This document shows, in pieces, positions 35,615 through 46,837 of a DNA stretch of 64,000 bases (position 1 is its first letter; every line of letters begins with the position of its first letter). This stretch comes from Pelomyxa schiedti. Lineage: Eukaryota; Protista; Evosea. A model generated the notes under the pieces. That model was not told the DNA's origin. It saw nothing but the letters and a program-made list of their open reading frames with translations, and searched no databases. The stretch spans positions 1-64,000 of the forward strand of contig JAHLWZ010000801.1 of the NCBI GenBank assembly GCA_020536535.1. Reading direction: 5' to 3'. The position numbers and the translations under genes are program-made.

Positions 35615-37366
35615 TTAAATTGCCTCGAATGCGTTCAAGCAACAAGCCAATAGTTCAAAAAGACTGGCTTGTGCCGATTTGTCCCCAGCACAAGCAGCCC
35701 TCGTGTAAAGTTGATATGCCTTGGTCACGTCTTTTGGTCCGTGAAAGGCACCGTGTTCCAGGTATGTCGCAACCTTGATGATGGCACTGGCATAGCCCTT
35801 ATCAATGACTTCCTGGAAAAGGGTGTTGGCCTTGTTCACGTCCCTGTTCACTCCTAGGCCACATTCGTAGCACAAAGCCAACATGGTTTTTGCATCAGAT
35901 GACTCTTCTGCTGCCTTCTTCAGAATGGGAATGGCTCTGCGGACGTCGCGTTTCATGTCATAAGCACCCATCAACAGACCCCATCCAAGGGTTATCCCGG
36001 CTTCAGTGTTCCCCATTTCATAAGCCCTTTGAATGAGCGGCACCGCACGATTCATGTCAATGGGGATTCCTTCTCCCATGACGTAATGGCCACTGAGTTC
36101 CATCATTGCTTGAGTATCTCCGGCATCAGCGGCATTCTTCAGGAGCGAAAGTGCTTTTATCAAGTCCACATCAACTCCTATGCCCTCCTTGTAGTACTTG
36201 GCAAGTTTACGCATTGCTGGAGTGATTCCCTCGTTTGATGCTCTCTCTAAAAGCGAAACGGCTTGTTCTGGGTCAAATGTAACGCCTTCGCCATTCATGT
36301 AGTGCTCACTGAGATCGTACATTGCTATTGCACAACCACGTCCCACAGACCTCTGGTAAAGTTCAACTGCTTTTTTGGCGTCTTTCTCGACTCCTTCTCC
36401 AGTGGCATAACATCTGCCCAGGCGCCATAATCCTTGCCGATCGTTCATCTTTGCTGACTTCTGAAGAAGTGAAATGGCTTTTTCTGGATCAAATGGAACG
36501 CCATAGCCTTTAAGGTAGTGCTCACTGAGGCCGTACATTGCTGTTCCACAACCACCTTCCACGGACCTCTTATAAAGGTCGATTGCCCTCTTGACATTTT
36601 TCTCAACACCAACTCCCAAGTCATAACATCTGCCAAGGCGAAATAAGCCAGTTGGATCGCCTTTCTTAACAGCTTTCTGCAAATATGAGAGACCTGTCTT
36701 CACATCCTGTGACACTCCTTCCATGCCGTACAAGTAGAAGTCACTGAGATTGAGTTGTGCCTTCCATCCAAGCTTGGGATCATCTGCAGCCTTCTGGAAA
36801 AGAGGAATAGCCTTTTTCTCATCAATTGGAACGCCTGTGCCTTGTATATAAAGCTCTCCAAGGTCAACGCATGCGTCGGCAAGTCCAAGATCGGCAGCTT
36901 TCTGAAATAAAGCAGCTGCTTTGCTGGGATCTTTATCCACTCCCATGCCACCCAAGAAGCAGTTTCCAAGGATATACATTGCATCGGCATCCCCAGCATC
37001 GGCCCCCTTCGTGAGATAAGGAATAGATTTGGCCCAATCTTGCTCAATGCCACATTTCCCGCTGAAGTAGCAGCCGGCTATGTCAAATAGTGCCGCGGTG
37101 CTGCCGGCATCCACGGCCTTGTGTAAGTAGTGCATTCCCAGGATTGGATCTTTATCCGTTCCCTGCCCCCTGATGTACAATGTACCAAGCATGCGGAGCA
37201 TGTGGGGGTCGCCCTTTTTTTCAGTGACCGACTTGAAGAGAGCAAAGCCCTTTGGTTCTTTCTGGCCGATAACGAAGCGGCACTCATAGTCCAAGCGTTG
37301 ATTGCCAGTCTCTTTCCTACCAAGTACGCAGTTCCAGGTCAAATCGGTTGGAATCGCCTTCGACAT
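35615..37366 (-). CDS. Sel1-like repeat protein, intronless, 583 aa
   Basis: More than a dozen ~36-aa repeats of the type AMYILGNCFLGGMGVDKDPSKAAALFQKAADLG. Confidence 0.93.
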   Translation of the reverse strand: MSKAIPTDLTWNCVLGRKETGNQRLDYECRFVIGQKEPKGFALFKSVTEKKGDPHMLRMLGTLYIRGQGTDKDPILGMHYLHKAVDAGSTAALFDIAGCYFSGKCGIEQDWAKSIPYLTKGADAGDADAMYILGNCFLGGMGVDKDPSKAAALFQKAADLGLADACVDLGELYIQGTGVPIDEKKAIPLFQKAADDPKLGWKAQLNLSDFYLYGMEGVSQDVKTGLSYLQKAVKKGDPTGLFRLGRCYDLGVGVEKNVKRAIDLYKRSVEGGCGTAMYGLSEHYLKGYGVPFDPEKAISLLQKSAKMNDRQGLWRLGRCYATGEGVEKDAKKAVELYQRSVGRGCAIAMYDLSEHYMNGEGVTFDPEQAVSLLERASNEGITPAMRKLAKYYKEGIGVDVDLIKALSLLKNAADAGDTQAMMELSGHYVMGEGIPIDMNRAVPLIQRAYEMGNTEAGITLGWGLLMGAYDMKRDVRRAIPILKKAAEESSDAKTMLALCYECGLGVNRDVNKANTLFQEVIDKGYASAIIKVATYLEHGAFHGPKDVTKAYQLYTRAACAGDKSAQASLFELLACCLNAFEAI

Positions 37367-37955
37367 CTCTGTGTGTTTGTGAGTGGCGACGACATACGGT
37401 CAAAGACAAAACCCGAACGTGGTGCCGAAAGTACAATATTACCTTGGGTTGTTGCGTAGAACTTGTGCGGCACACTCGGCGTGGCGAAGAGACCAAGTTT
37501 TTGTTTGTTTAATCTGCAACTGTCGAGATCTGAGACTGAACGTAAGTTGGGGAGGAAAGCGGTATGGTGTGACAATATTATTGTTTGGTGCAGAGCCCAA
37601 CATACAAGGAAAATAAGTGGGACTGTTCAACAGGATCACAATGAAGCCTAATAAATAAACGTTTGGTGTTCGGTGGTGAAAGAGAGTTGTGTCATTCTGA
37701 GTCTTAAGCGAGAGTCGGTGACCCACTTATTATGGAGAGCTTTTCAACCCCGCGCAGGGGAATGGTGTCAACGGTTTTTTTGTTGTTCTTTGGGGAAAAA
37801 TGATGCCCCTTTGTCCGTTGGCCAGAGAAGTGGCTGAAGGTCATTGGCCTGAACACCTTCTCAATCCGTCCACACTCGGTCCCATAACTCCCGGGTTCTC
37901 CTGAATGCCACCCACACCGGAGTTTTCCACGCACACGAAAACCCGTTGTGAGAAA

Positions 37956-40952
37956 ATGCAACGAACCACGAGTTACGGCACGACCGGCACCAACGAAAAC
38001 GGAAGCGGCGGAGGAGGCGGCGGTGGTGGCACAGCTACGCCCCAGCACCAGCGGAGGCCCTCCGGCGCGTCCTCGTCGTCGTCGTTCGCGTCGGCCTACG
38101 AGACCGCGTGCGCGGCCATGAACGTGGTGCCCCTGACCCAGGTGCTCGCGGCTGGCACCAACTTGGACTTGTCGCGCGTCTGCATGAGCTCCCAGGTTGG
38201 CTGGCTTTGGCTGTGTTGGCTGTGATTTTTTATTTTGTTTTTAAAAAAAACCTATCGCACTCCATGGAATGATGGGCAAATTATGTGGGTTGGTTTTTGT
38301 TTGTTTGTTTGTTTGTTTGTTTGTTGTTGGTTTTTTTTTTTTTTTTTTTTATTCCCCATGTTGTTTTATTTTGATGTACTGTAGGCATGTGCGGCTCTTG
38401 GGGAGGCACTCAAGTTCGAGGGCAATATAACGTCATTGGATTTGAGTGATACTTCCGTGTCCGATACAGGTGAAACGGTGTGCGTGGTTGAGTTCTAACT
38501 GTGCTCCGTTTGCTTTTAATGTGACCCCACTCCATTGCACCGAACTCAAGTTTCTTCCAGGATGCAGCTCTATTTGCGAGGCACTGAAAAGTAACAATGC
38601 CATAACCTCCTTAAACCTGAGAGGGAATAACATCAGACAGCAAGGGGCCATCGCTGTAGCAGAGCTCCTGAAAAATAATTCTGCTGTCACCAAGTGTGAA
38701 CAATTTACAAATCACAGCTGCACTTTACACCCCTTTGCCAGGTTGTCTTTGGAATGGAACACTGTCGGTCTTTGGGATCAGGGCATTGAGGCAATGTCTG
38801 AAGCTCTCACTGTGAATAAATCCCTGGTTTATCTCGACCTTCGCAACAACAGAATAAGCCCTCAAGCTACAAGCAACATCGCTCATGCTATGCAGCACAA
38901 CACAACTCTTACCCATCTAGGTTGTAAGTAATTAGCATTGTACTGCATTCTCACTTCCTTAGATCTGCGATGGAACAACATGGGAATTATTGGTGGAAAG
39001 GCTCTTGTACAGGCACTGAAACACAACTTTTCATTGACGTTTCTGGACGTGGCTGGGAACGAAGTTCCTGCGGATATTTTGCAGGCCATAGGTGCCACAG
39101 AAATCAGTTTATTTTATCCTAAATACCATTCAACTTCACAGAAATAGCGATTTTACGTAACAGAGAAATTGGAGTGACAAACCGAATGTGCCTTCAAGAT
39201 CAAGCATCTTGTCGAATGGACCCTGAGGTACAGACAAATTTTTACACAAACAACTTCCCATGTCTCATTCATGTCATAGACTCTTGGAAGAAATAACATG
39301 TCTGTGACTGAAAAAAAAATTAGTTATAAAAAACGAAATAATTAAGAAAATAACGGGGAAAGGGGTAACACCACACCAATTTACTGGCCTCCAGGGAAGA
39401 ATTGAAAAATTCCGAGGGAATGAAGCAGAAAATACAACAACTTGAAGAAGAACTACGTGTGGCACGAGAGCTTTCAACCAACTCCCTTGCTCAAACACAA
39501 CAACAGTTGGACACAACAACCAAGGTTGACAACATATATCTTCAAAGTTTAAACCCGAGTCACCTCTGATAACACTTATCAGAGTTACAGACAACTGGAA
39601 CAAAAGTGTGCTGGAATGAAGCAAGACTCGAGAGCAGAGAAAAACAAGAACAGGAAATTGCAGGAATTCGTCAAGCAACTCCAGGAACAAAACAAGGGTC
39701 TTTCTACGCAAATCTCAGAACTTCACTCCACAATAGCAGAAAAAGAAAAGCAGTTTGGGCTCCAACAAGGTTTGCTCCAAAGTCACCACCACACTATTTG
39801 AAACGAATTGATAGAAGCATCTCGAGGACTGGAAAAGGAGGTTGATCAATTGCATAAAACTATTTCCCAGATGGAGCGTGCGGCAAAAGCTGCAGAAGCC
39901 GAAACCAAGACTAAGCTTCAGGCCATAACCGGGGAGCTTCAGAAAACGCAAGCAACTCTTTCTTCTACGGAGAAGGTTCTCCAGTTATAAATAATTACAC
40001 CCCAACGGGTTTCTTACACGACAACTCAGCTAGGGCAACAACTGAAGGCTCAGCTATCCCAAGAGAAGGAGCGGTACGAGCAACATATCTCCGAACAGCA
40101 ACAGCAGTTGTCGGAAGCGCAGAAGAAGGAGGTAAACACCGGCTTCCATATAATCCATTGGATACACCAACAGTTCACTTCAATGAAGGAAATTACCTCT
40201 CAAGAACTGTCTCAACGCGAAAACATCGTGTTGGATTTGCAGTCAAAGCTCAACGACATGAATGCAGAAATCACGGCACTGCAGAAGGAGTTGGAAGCTG
40301 CACACTGCAACCACGAGCAGTTAATAACTGCCCTCAGAAATTCAATAACATTCTTACCTACTCTCATCAGAGCGATTCTTGTGTCGAAAGAAATACAAGC
40401 CCACCAAATACAACACATAACCGAATTACAGTCTTTGCTCGCTAGGTCCGAATCAGAAGGTGGTGATACGAAAGTCCAGCTCGCACAAGTAACTACAATT
40501 CTTGTTGTGTGTGACTCATGACTCCAAAAGACAGAGGCCAAGCTCCAGAATGAACATACGGAAAAAGAGAAAGTCTTGAAGGAACTTGAACTGATGAGCC
40601 AATACAACAAACAAACGCTGGAGAATCAAGCTGCACAGTTCGCTGCCAAAGTAACAATGAATTTATCTCTGCTTCGAATTTTACACTTTTCCCCCTTTCA
40701 ATGCAGATATCCGCTATGGAAAGCAGACTGGCCGCGCAGGAACAGTCAACCCTGCGGCAACTCGCTTCACAAGAACAAGCAAACACCAAGCACATAGAAA
40801 CCATCACACAGCAACACCAGCACAGCCTACACCAAGAGGCAGAGAAATACGAGAAGCTGCTGTGCAGATTGGAGGAAACCCTTTCTGCTGCTCACAAGCT
40901 GGCCTTCTCTGAAGCACGGAGGACAGCTCCAAACAACACCCAGCATCATTGA
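37956..40952 (+). CDS. LRRC45: LRRC45-like protein (RI-type LRRs plus long coiled coil)
   Basis: LNLRGNNIRQQGAIAVAELL; LSLEWNTVGLWD; LDLRNNRISP; LDLRWNNMGIIGGKAL; LDVAGNEVPADILQAI. This motif order matches LRRC45 and is followed by coiled-coil exons. Confidence 0.75.
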
Positions 40953-41088
40953 GCATCCATGTGATCATCAACACACCTACTTCCACCGTGATTGAGATGT
41001 AAATAGACAGAAATATTCGCCAAAAATAGTTTTGTGTAGGTAAACAGTTATTACTGCATTTACAATTGATTTTTCCGTTTGAGCTTCT

Positions 41089-43615
41089 TTACTCACGGTC
41101 GCAGGTGAAATGCTGCGCGATGAACCCCGCCTTGAAAGAGCTCACTGTATTCGGAGAAAGGCTTAACGACAACTTGCAGGATATGTGACTTCTGTTCTGC
41201 AGTGTAATTGCTAAAGTGAGATTCACAGGGGGCCCACAGTCACGGTCACGTAACTCAATGACAACCCAATCCTTGAACGGAATGGCAACTGAATTTCCCT
41301 TGGAATCCATCAAAATGCTCCTGTAGATCTAATGTATGTTGGCAAAGTGGGTAAGAGTAGGAGAGCGAACTATGAGTAAGTAGCTCCAGGGCCCATTCAA
41401 GTGAACGGTCGACATAAAGGTCCACATAGCCGGTGCTACCGAACTCGGGTCCCACATCAGCCACAACAAAGCTCTCTGATATAGCTGTTCAGGTGTCTCG
41501 ATTCAAGCTAGAAATTTTACCTGGTGGCATAACAAAACATAAGGCCTTATACATCAGTAATCTCCATTGTTCTTCTCTGATGTGAGTGGAACCACTGGAA
41601 GAGGCTGTGTAACGTGAACTTAGTAATAGGATGTAAGTTGGGGGTGAAACACCTGTATCACTAAGAACATTGTATGTCAATTCTGTCCATGATATAACTT
41701 TAAGTGCATCGATGACGCATTCAACAAGGGATAAAGAGGAATGCCTACAGATATTACTTCTTACATCATGAAAGAAAGATAGCCAATCTGTATGTGACGT
41801 TAGTAGTGTGAAACATCAAGAAGTGACTTACAGAACCCGACAATTAAAGGTGCTGCGAACATCAAAACCTCATTGATGCTTTTGTATAATATCCCTCGTT
41901 TCACAAGTCTATCGGCGATGTTGTGTTGCTCTGGTGATAGCGCACTTGTTGGAATGGCGCTCTCCTTGGACTCCAAAATATATCTCAAAAACTGTTTTTC
42001 GGCAGCTATTTCCATATCATCACTTCCGTCGGAGTAGTTGATCAACGCTCTAGTTCCTCTCGCCACGTTAAGGGCTCATTCTGTGATAATGTAAGCCAGG
42101 TTTACTCTGCTTACTTAAGTAGAAACCTGAGTGTAGGAACCAAAAGATTTCCTCGAAAGAGAAAAGTCGTTTGGCCAGAATGTCCTGAATCAGTGAACTG
42201 GACAAGCCAGGATGTCCCCCAGTTAGGTTGAAGACTTCATCTAAGGCTGAAGGTGCAACTATTGGTAAAGCCTTTGATTGCTGGAGAGTATTAATCCGGT
42301 CTTTAATCTCATTACGTTCTTCCTGGTAGAGACACAACTGTTACCTTGAGGGAAGAAGATGATGAGATAACCTGTGAAAAAGCCAAAAAATCAAGAGACA
42401 GTGAGGAATTTGCAACAAATGTGACTGGTGTGGCTATTTTATAAGTTCAGTTCACAAAAAATAGTAGGGATCATACGTGCATTGGCAGTGTCACCATAAA
42501 GGGAAAAGAAGATCATGCAAAAAGTTGTTCGTGGGGCCTGGAGAAGGCTTTTTGCTGTCTCCCACATGGGTTTGGCAGACTCACATTTATAGGCCTCTTG
42601 TGCCTCATCCAAAATAAACACACCATGTTGCCCATTCAGCTGGGCTGCGATATTGCTCCAGAACTGTGGCTGGTTCCTATCCAGCATAGTGGCAGAGAAG
42701 ACCTTAAAAGGAATGAGGGGGAGTTGAATGTGAATAAAGTGTACAGGCAGAGTAAGTGCCTGGGCGGCAATAAGAGTCCTTGCCAAAGCAGTTTTCCCAC
42801 AATAGGGAGGCGCTTGCACCAGAATCGCTCCCCGTAGCAGGGCTCTAGACACTAGCTCATGTACTTTCTTTGCTCTTTTTGTCAAAATCACATCCTCCAA
42901 GCTCACACCTTCCCCTTTGGGAGGGTTAAATGAATGGATGAAATAGAATGGACAAACATCTTGCGGCATAATACGCTGATGAGGACTTGGCGATCGAAGT
43001 CCTTAGTGGCGGCAGTCTCTCAACGATTGGCACTAAAGTGTCTAGTGTTAGCTGTGGGTCACGGAATCGCATCAGCTGAAGCATGAAGTCGTCCGAGGCA
43101 GGGAACATTTGCACAACTCGTATGGCTTTTTCCACGCGCTGGGGGTGCATTCCCCTGAGAGTGCCAAGCAATGCGCACACGCGACTGGTTTCCCCCTTCC
43201 AATCGAATCGGCGACGCAAACGGTCTGCCTCTCCCTTGAGCCGGGCGACCTCCTCCTCCCTTTGCAGCAGTGGTTGTTGCTGTTGCAGTAGTGCTTGTTG
43301 CTCCTGCTGTAGTGCTTGCTGCTCCTGCCGTAGTGCTTGTTGTAGCTGCTCCAGTGCTTGTTGTTGCTGCTCCAAATGTCGCTGTACCGCTTGTTGTTGC
43401 TGTCGATTGGCGGTAAGGAACAAAGTCGCTGCGGAGCCGGCGTCGACATGGTCGAGAGCGAATTTGAACGGCTCGACGCAGACGTCTGCATTGCCAACTA
43501 CGTCTAGAAACTCGCCACAAAGCATTCCTGCCATTTCAGGAGGCAACAGCTGAGCCATTCTCCTCAAATCGTCCCGGAAACGCAACTCGTCGCCACAGTA
43601 GAGCTGTCGGGCCAT
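41089..43615 (-). pseudogene. Crinkler-like effector: header and Gln-heptad coiled coil, P-loop NTPase, restriction-endonuclease-fold domain; apparently disrupted
   Basis: Walker A ILVQAPPYCGKT; Walker B VFILDEAQ; LTGGHPGL; LMFAAPL; REEQWRLLMYKAL; DVGPEFGSTGYVDLYVDRSLEWALELL; DLQEHF; DWVVIEL. In-frame TGA at 42076-42078 under the simplest splice model and a +1 frameshift near 41287. Confidence 0.75.
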
Positions 43616-43741
43616 CTCGATTATTTTTGTGTTTTGTGTTCTGGCGTGCGGTTTCGTTTCTCCTGTGTGCAGCCATTGGAGGGTAACGTACCCCCTTTTG
43701 GGTGCGAAAGTTCAATCGTTTTTTGGCGGGGGACAAACTGC

Positions 43742-46738
43742 TTACAGGAAGTTGGAAAGTAAAGCGGTGGCGAAGGCGGAGCCGCAGGACTCGAGGTTAC
43801 AGTTGCCGTTCATGAAGCTGGCTTTGCGGGCAAAGACTGCGTCGTGTCGTGTGGGGTCTGGTGATGGTAATGGCGTGCTTGTGTTGTTGTGGATGAAGTG
43901 GGCCTGCCCAAAGGGCCCTTCCTGCGTGAGGGTTTGCACTCGCGACAACCACTGCTGGGCAAGCTCTGCGGTTGGTGAGAGGTGGTCGAAGTGAGCGGGA
44001 GAAGCTTAAACCTTTGCAGCCGAATGCAAATAGGATTCCACTAACGCGGCCAGGCCACCCAGGGTAGCTTCCCGTTGCCTATTTGTGGCGATTTTGTTTG
44101 TTAGTTCCCAGCCGCTGATCAACGCAACGATGAGATAACAGCTTCAGAAGCTTACTTGGTGATCGGCTCGGTACGTCTGGAACGCTGGAAGATTATGAGT
44201 TAAAGCATCTGGATCTGATGGGGCAAGGGCAAAAATCCAATCCGGTGTCAGTAACTCTGAGGAAAGAAACGCCACCATTTGTTGTTTGATGGTAGCAGGA
44301 AGGAATCTTGCCATGTTCTCTCCAACGTAAACAAAGTCAAGAACGGTTTTCACAATTCTCTCGGAGCCGTCTGGCTGTTTTGCCCCATTAATGTGGAAGA
44401 AAAGAGAAAGGAAAGGACCTGAAGGCATGCAAAAGGTCCATTTCGGAACAGACTTAACACGTTGGCAGCCAACAGTTTTGCCCTTTCCATGTATTCAGTC
44501 TTTTTTGTTCACGTTAGAAGAAGAAACGGAAGTAGTGGCGGGTGTCCGGGGACCAAAAAAACCCAACGAACGTACTTCTCCAGTCAGCTCATACAAAAAC
44601 TCAAGTCCTCCAACCGCACCAGCATTGAATGCTGCTATTTTATGTTCGTAGGTACTCACGCATTCAAGGATCTTAGGAGGATATTTAATTGTTGCTGAAA
44701 TTTACACAGCAGGGAAGGAGAGCAACGTTTTGGCAATCTCCGTAGTCAGAAAGCTCTGAACTTTGAGCAGCACAAGTTCGAAGGAAGTCCAAATGCTTCA
44801 AAGCCCACTGCTTGTCAGTGGTGATGTCAACATACCTAAATTGAGATGAGGAAGGAAGTAAAGGATCTTTCCACCTTTTTACACAGGAAAGCAATGCACT
44901 TCTATTCACACCGTAGCACATTCCAACCCCTTTTCCACTGATACATTCAATTCCCCAGTGGTGCATCAGTTGTGATTCGGACATAAAACGCTCTAAAATG
45001 TTCCGCAGAGCTGTGGGGTCCAGTCTGGCCAAAAGTGGTGCTTGGAACTCCACTTCCCAGAGGAATATTGTTGTGGGTGCCCCTTCAGGTCCCCCCCTTG
45101 GGAGGAAAAAATTCTACGCGTTGAATGTACTAAATATCAAGGGAGACTCATACCAGACATAGGCATAATCTATTGTCTTCCTTTCTTCACTCCTATTTGC
45201 AGAACTTTAGGGTAGGCAGGTAGGGATGTAAATACCAGATTGCTTGGCCACCAGTAGCTATTAACGCACGAGGTTGCTGTGGAGGAAACCTCCTCCGAGT
45301 CATGAGCAGGGTCTAAGTAACGATTACTACTCCTTTTGTTAAATGAATATGTACAAGAATAGACATGTAATAGAGCCGAGATAGATCGACTCCTATTTTC
45401 TGGAGTTCATGAGCATTTGTACAAGGAAAGGTTCTTATCGTACTGCTCCAAACAAAGAATATTTTGGAAGATGACCTTCAAACTCAGCATTGCCAGGTGT
45501 GAATGCAGCAGACCACACCTATTAGCTGAGTGATTACATGAAAGTAGCTTTGTCTCCAACATTTTGCCACAAAAATTTAAAGGATTCGAAATCAGCAATG
45601 GGGTTTGTAAGAGGTGTGTGATGCTCTTCAACTCCCATCAGTGCATACCTATTGGCGGTTCATTTAGGGGGAAAAAATGATAGCAAGCAGTCCATTTTTT
45701 ACCAGTAGAAAGGTACTCCTCTTGGCAGAGAAATCTTCGATACTCCAACTCTCCCTTGTTTAAGGAGGTGCTCACACTCCTCTCCTTTTTTTTTTTTTTT
45801 TTTTTTTTGTGAGGCTCAAACTGTTGTTTGGTAAATTGACGAAGGATACCAGGTGCAAGAAAATCAGCCAATTCGCTATAAATAATCTTACTCAGTGACC
45901 CTTCCACATAGACGTCCATACAACCAAAGGTTTTGCAGTCGGTCATGTGGAAGCACCCAGTGGGGCTCAGGCACACATTGTACTGAGGAACGTCTTCTGG
46001 AGGAAGGTTCCAATAGTCAGTGAAACGCCACACCCGTGCCAAACCACTGAAAACGAGAAATACGTCAATGTCCCTGTGCAACAAATAAAACCATTATCGA
46101 CTTGGCCGTGAATGCAGTGCAGTGCGAACCTATCGGCTGTAATGCATTCAATAATTGCATCTTTCTGAGGGTGCATTCTCACAGCTGTGTGCACGCCGCA
46201 AGACTCGCGCTCAAGTTCATAGCACTTCCATCGGTATTTCATCCCCTTCAAGACCCCAAGTCAGGTGGAAAAAACAGCTGGAATTTCAGTCTTCATAATA
46301 ACATCCAAAAGAAGTTCGTATAAATGATGTGGGACGTACTCTTTTTGGGAATTGCTGTGGCCTTCCGTCACTACCACACAAGAACATCATTCCAAATGGG
46401 CTGCTTATTCCAACAGGAGCACAAATGAAGTTCTGGACTCCACTTACATTCCACGCTGCCTGTGTAGTAGTAGTGGTTGGGTCTAGTTTTATTATTATTA
46501 TGATGATTATTAGTTTGATTTCGTTTGTTGGAGGTGTGGCGTCTGATCCCAGGATAAATTAGAGAGCAGGGGAGTGGTGTCACTTTTCCCCGCACTGCAC
46601 CTGCACAGTTCCCCTGAAATTCGTAATTGTGGGCAGGGAGGTGTGCTCCTCAGAGATTGGGGACCACCAGTCGCCGGCGAGGTCGTCTACAGTCGGCACA
46701 TCGCCACCCCCTAGGCCAACGTCCGGGCTCTTACTCAT
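43742..46738 (-). CDS. multi-exon hypothetical protein, function unknown
   Basis: Chain of minus-strand ORF segments (46580, 45967, 45638, 44685, 44144, 43742) separated by GT-AG intron-like gaps. No recognised domain. Confidence 0.5.
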
Positions 46739-46837
46739 GCCAAACGTTATGGTGCTTTTTTGTCCCTTCGGCGCAGACAAAATTTGATTGGTTTTTTTGC
46801 GAAGTCAGGCGTCGGCGGTGCGGGATCTCGCTTGTTG

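Noticed and set aside
38290-38352. (GTTT)n plus poly-T tract
   Set aside because: Ordinary intronic microsatellite.
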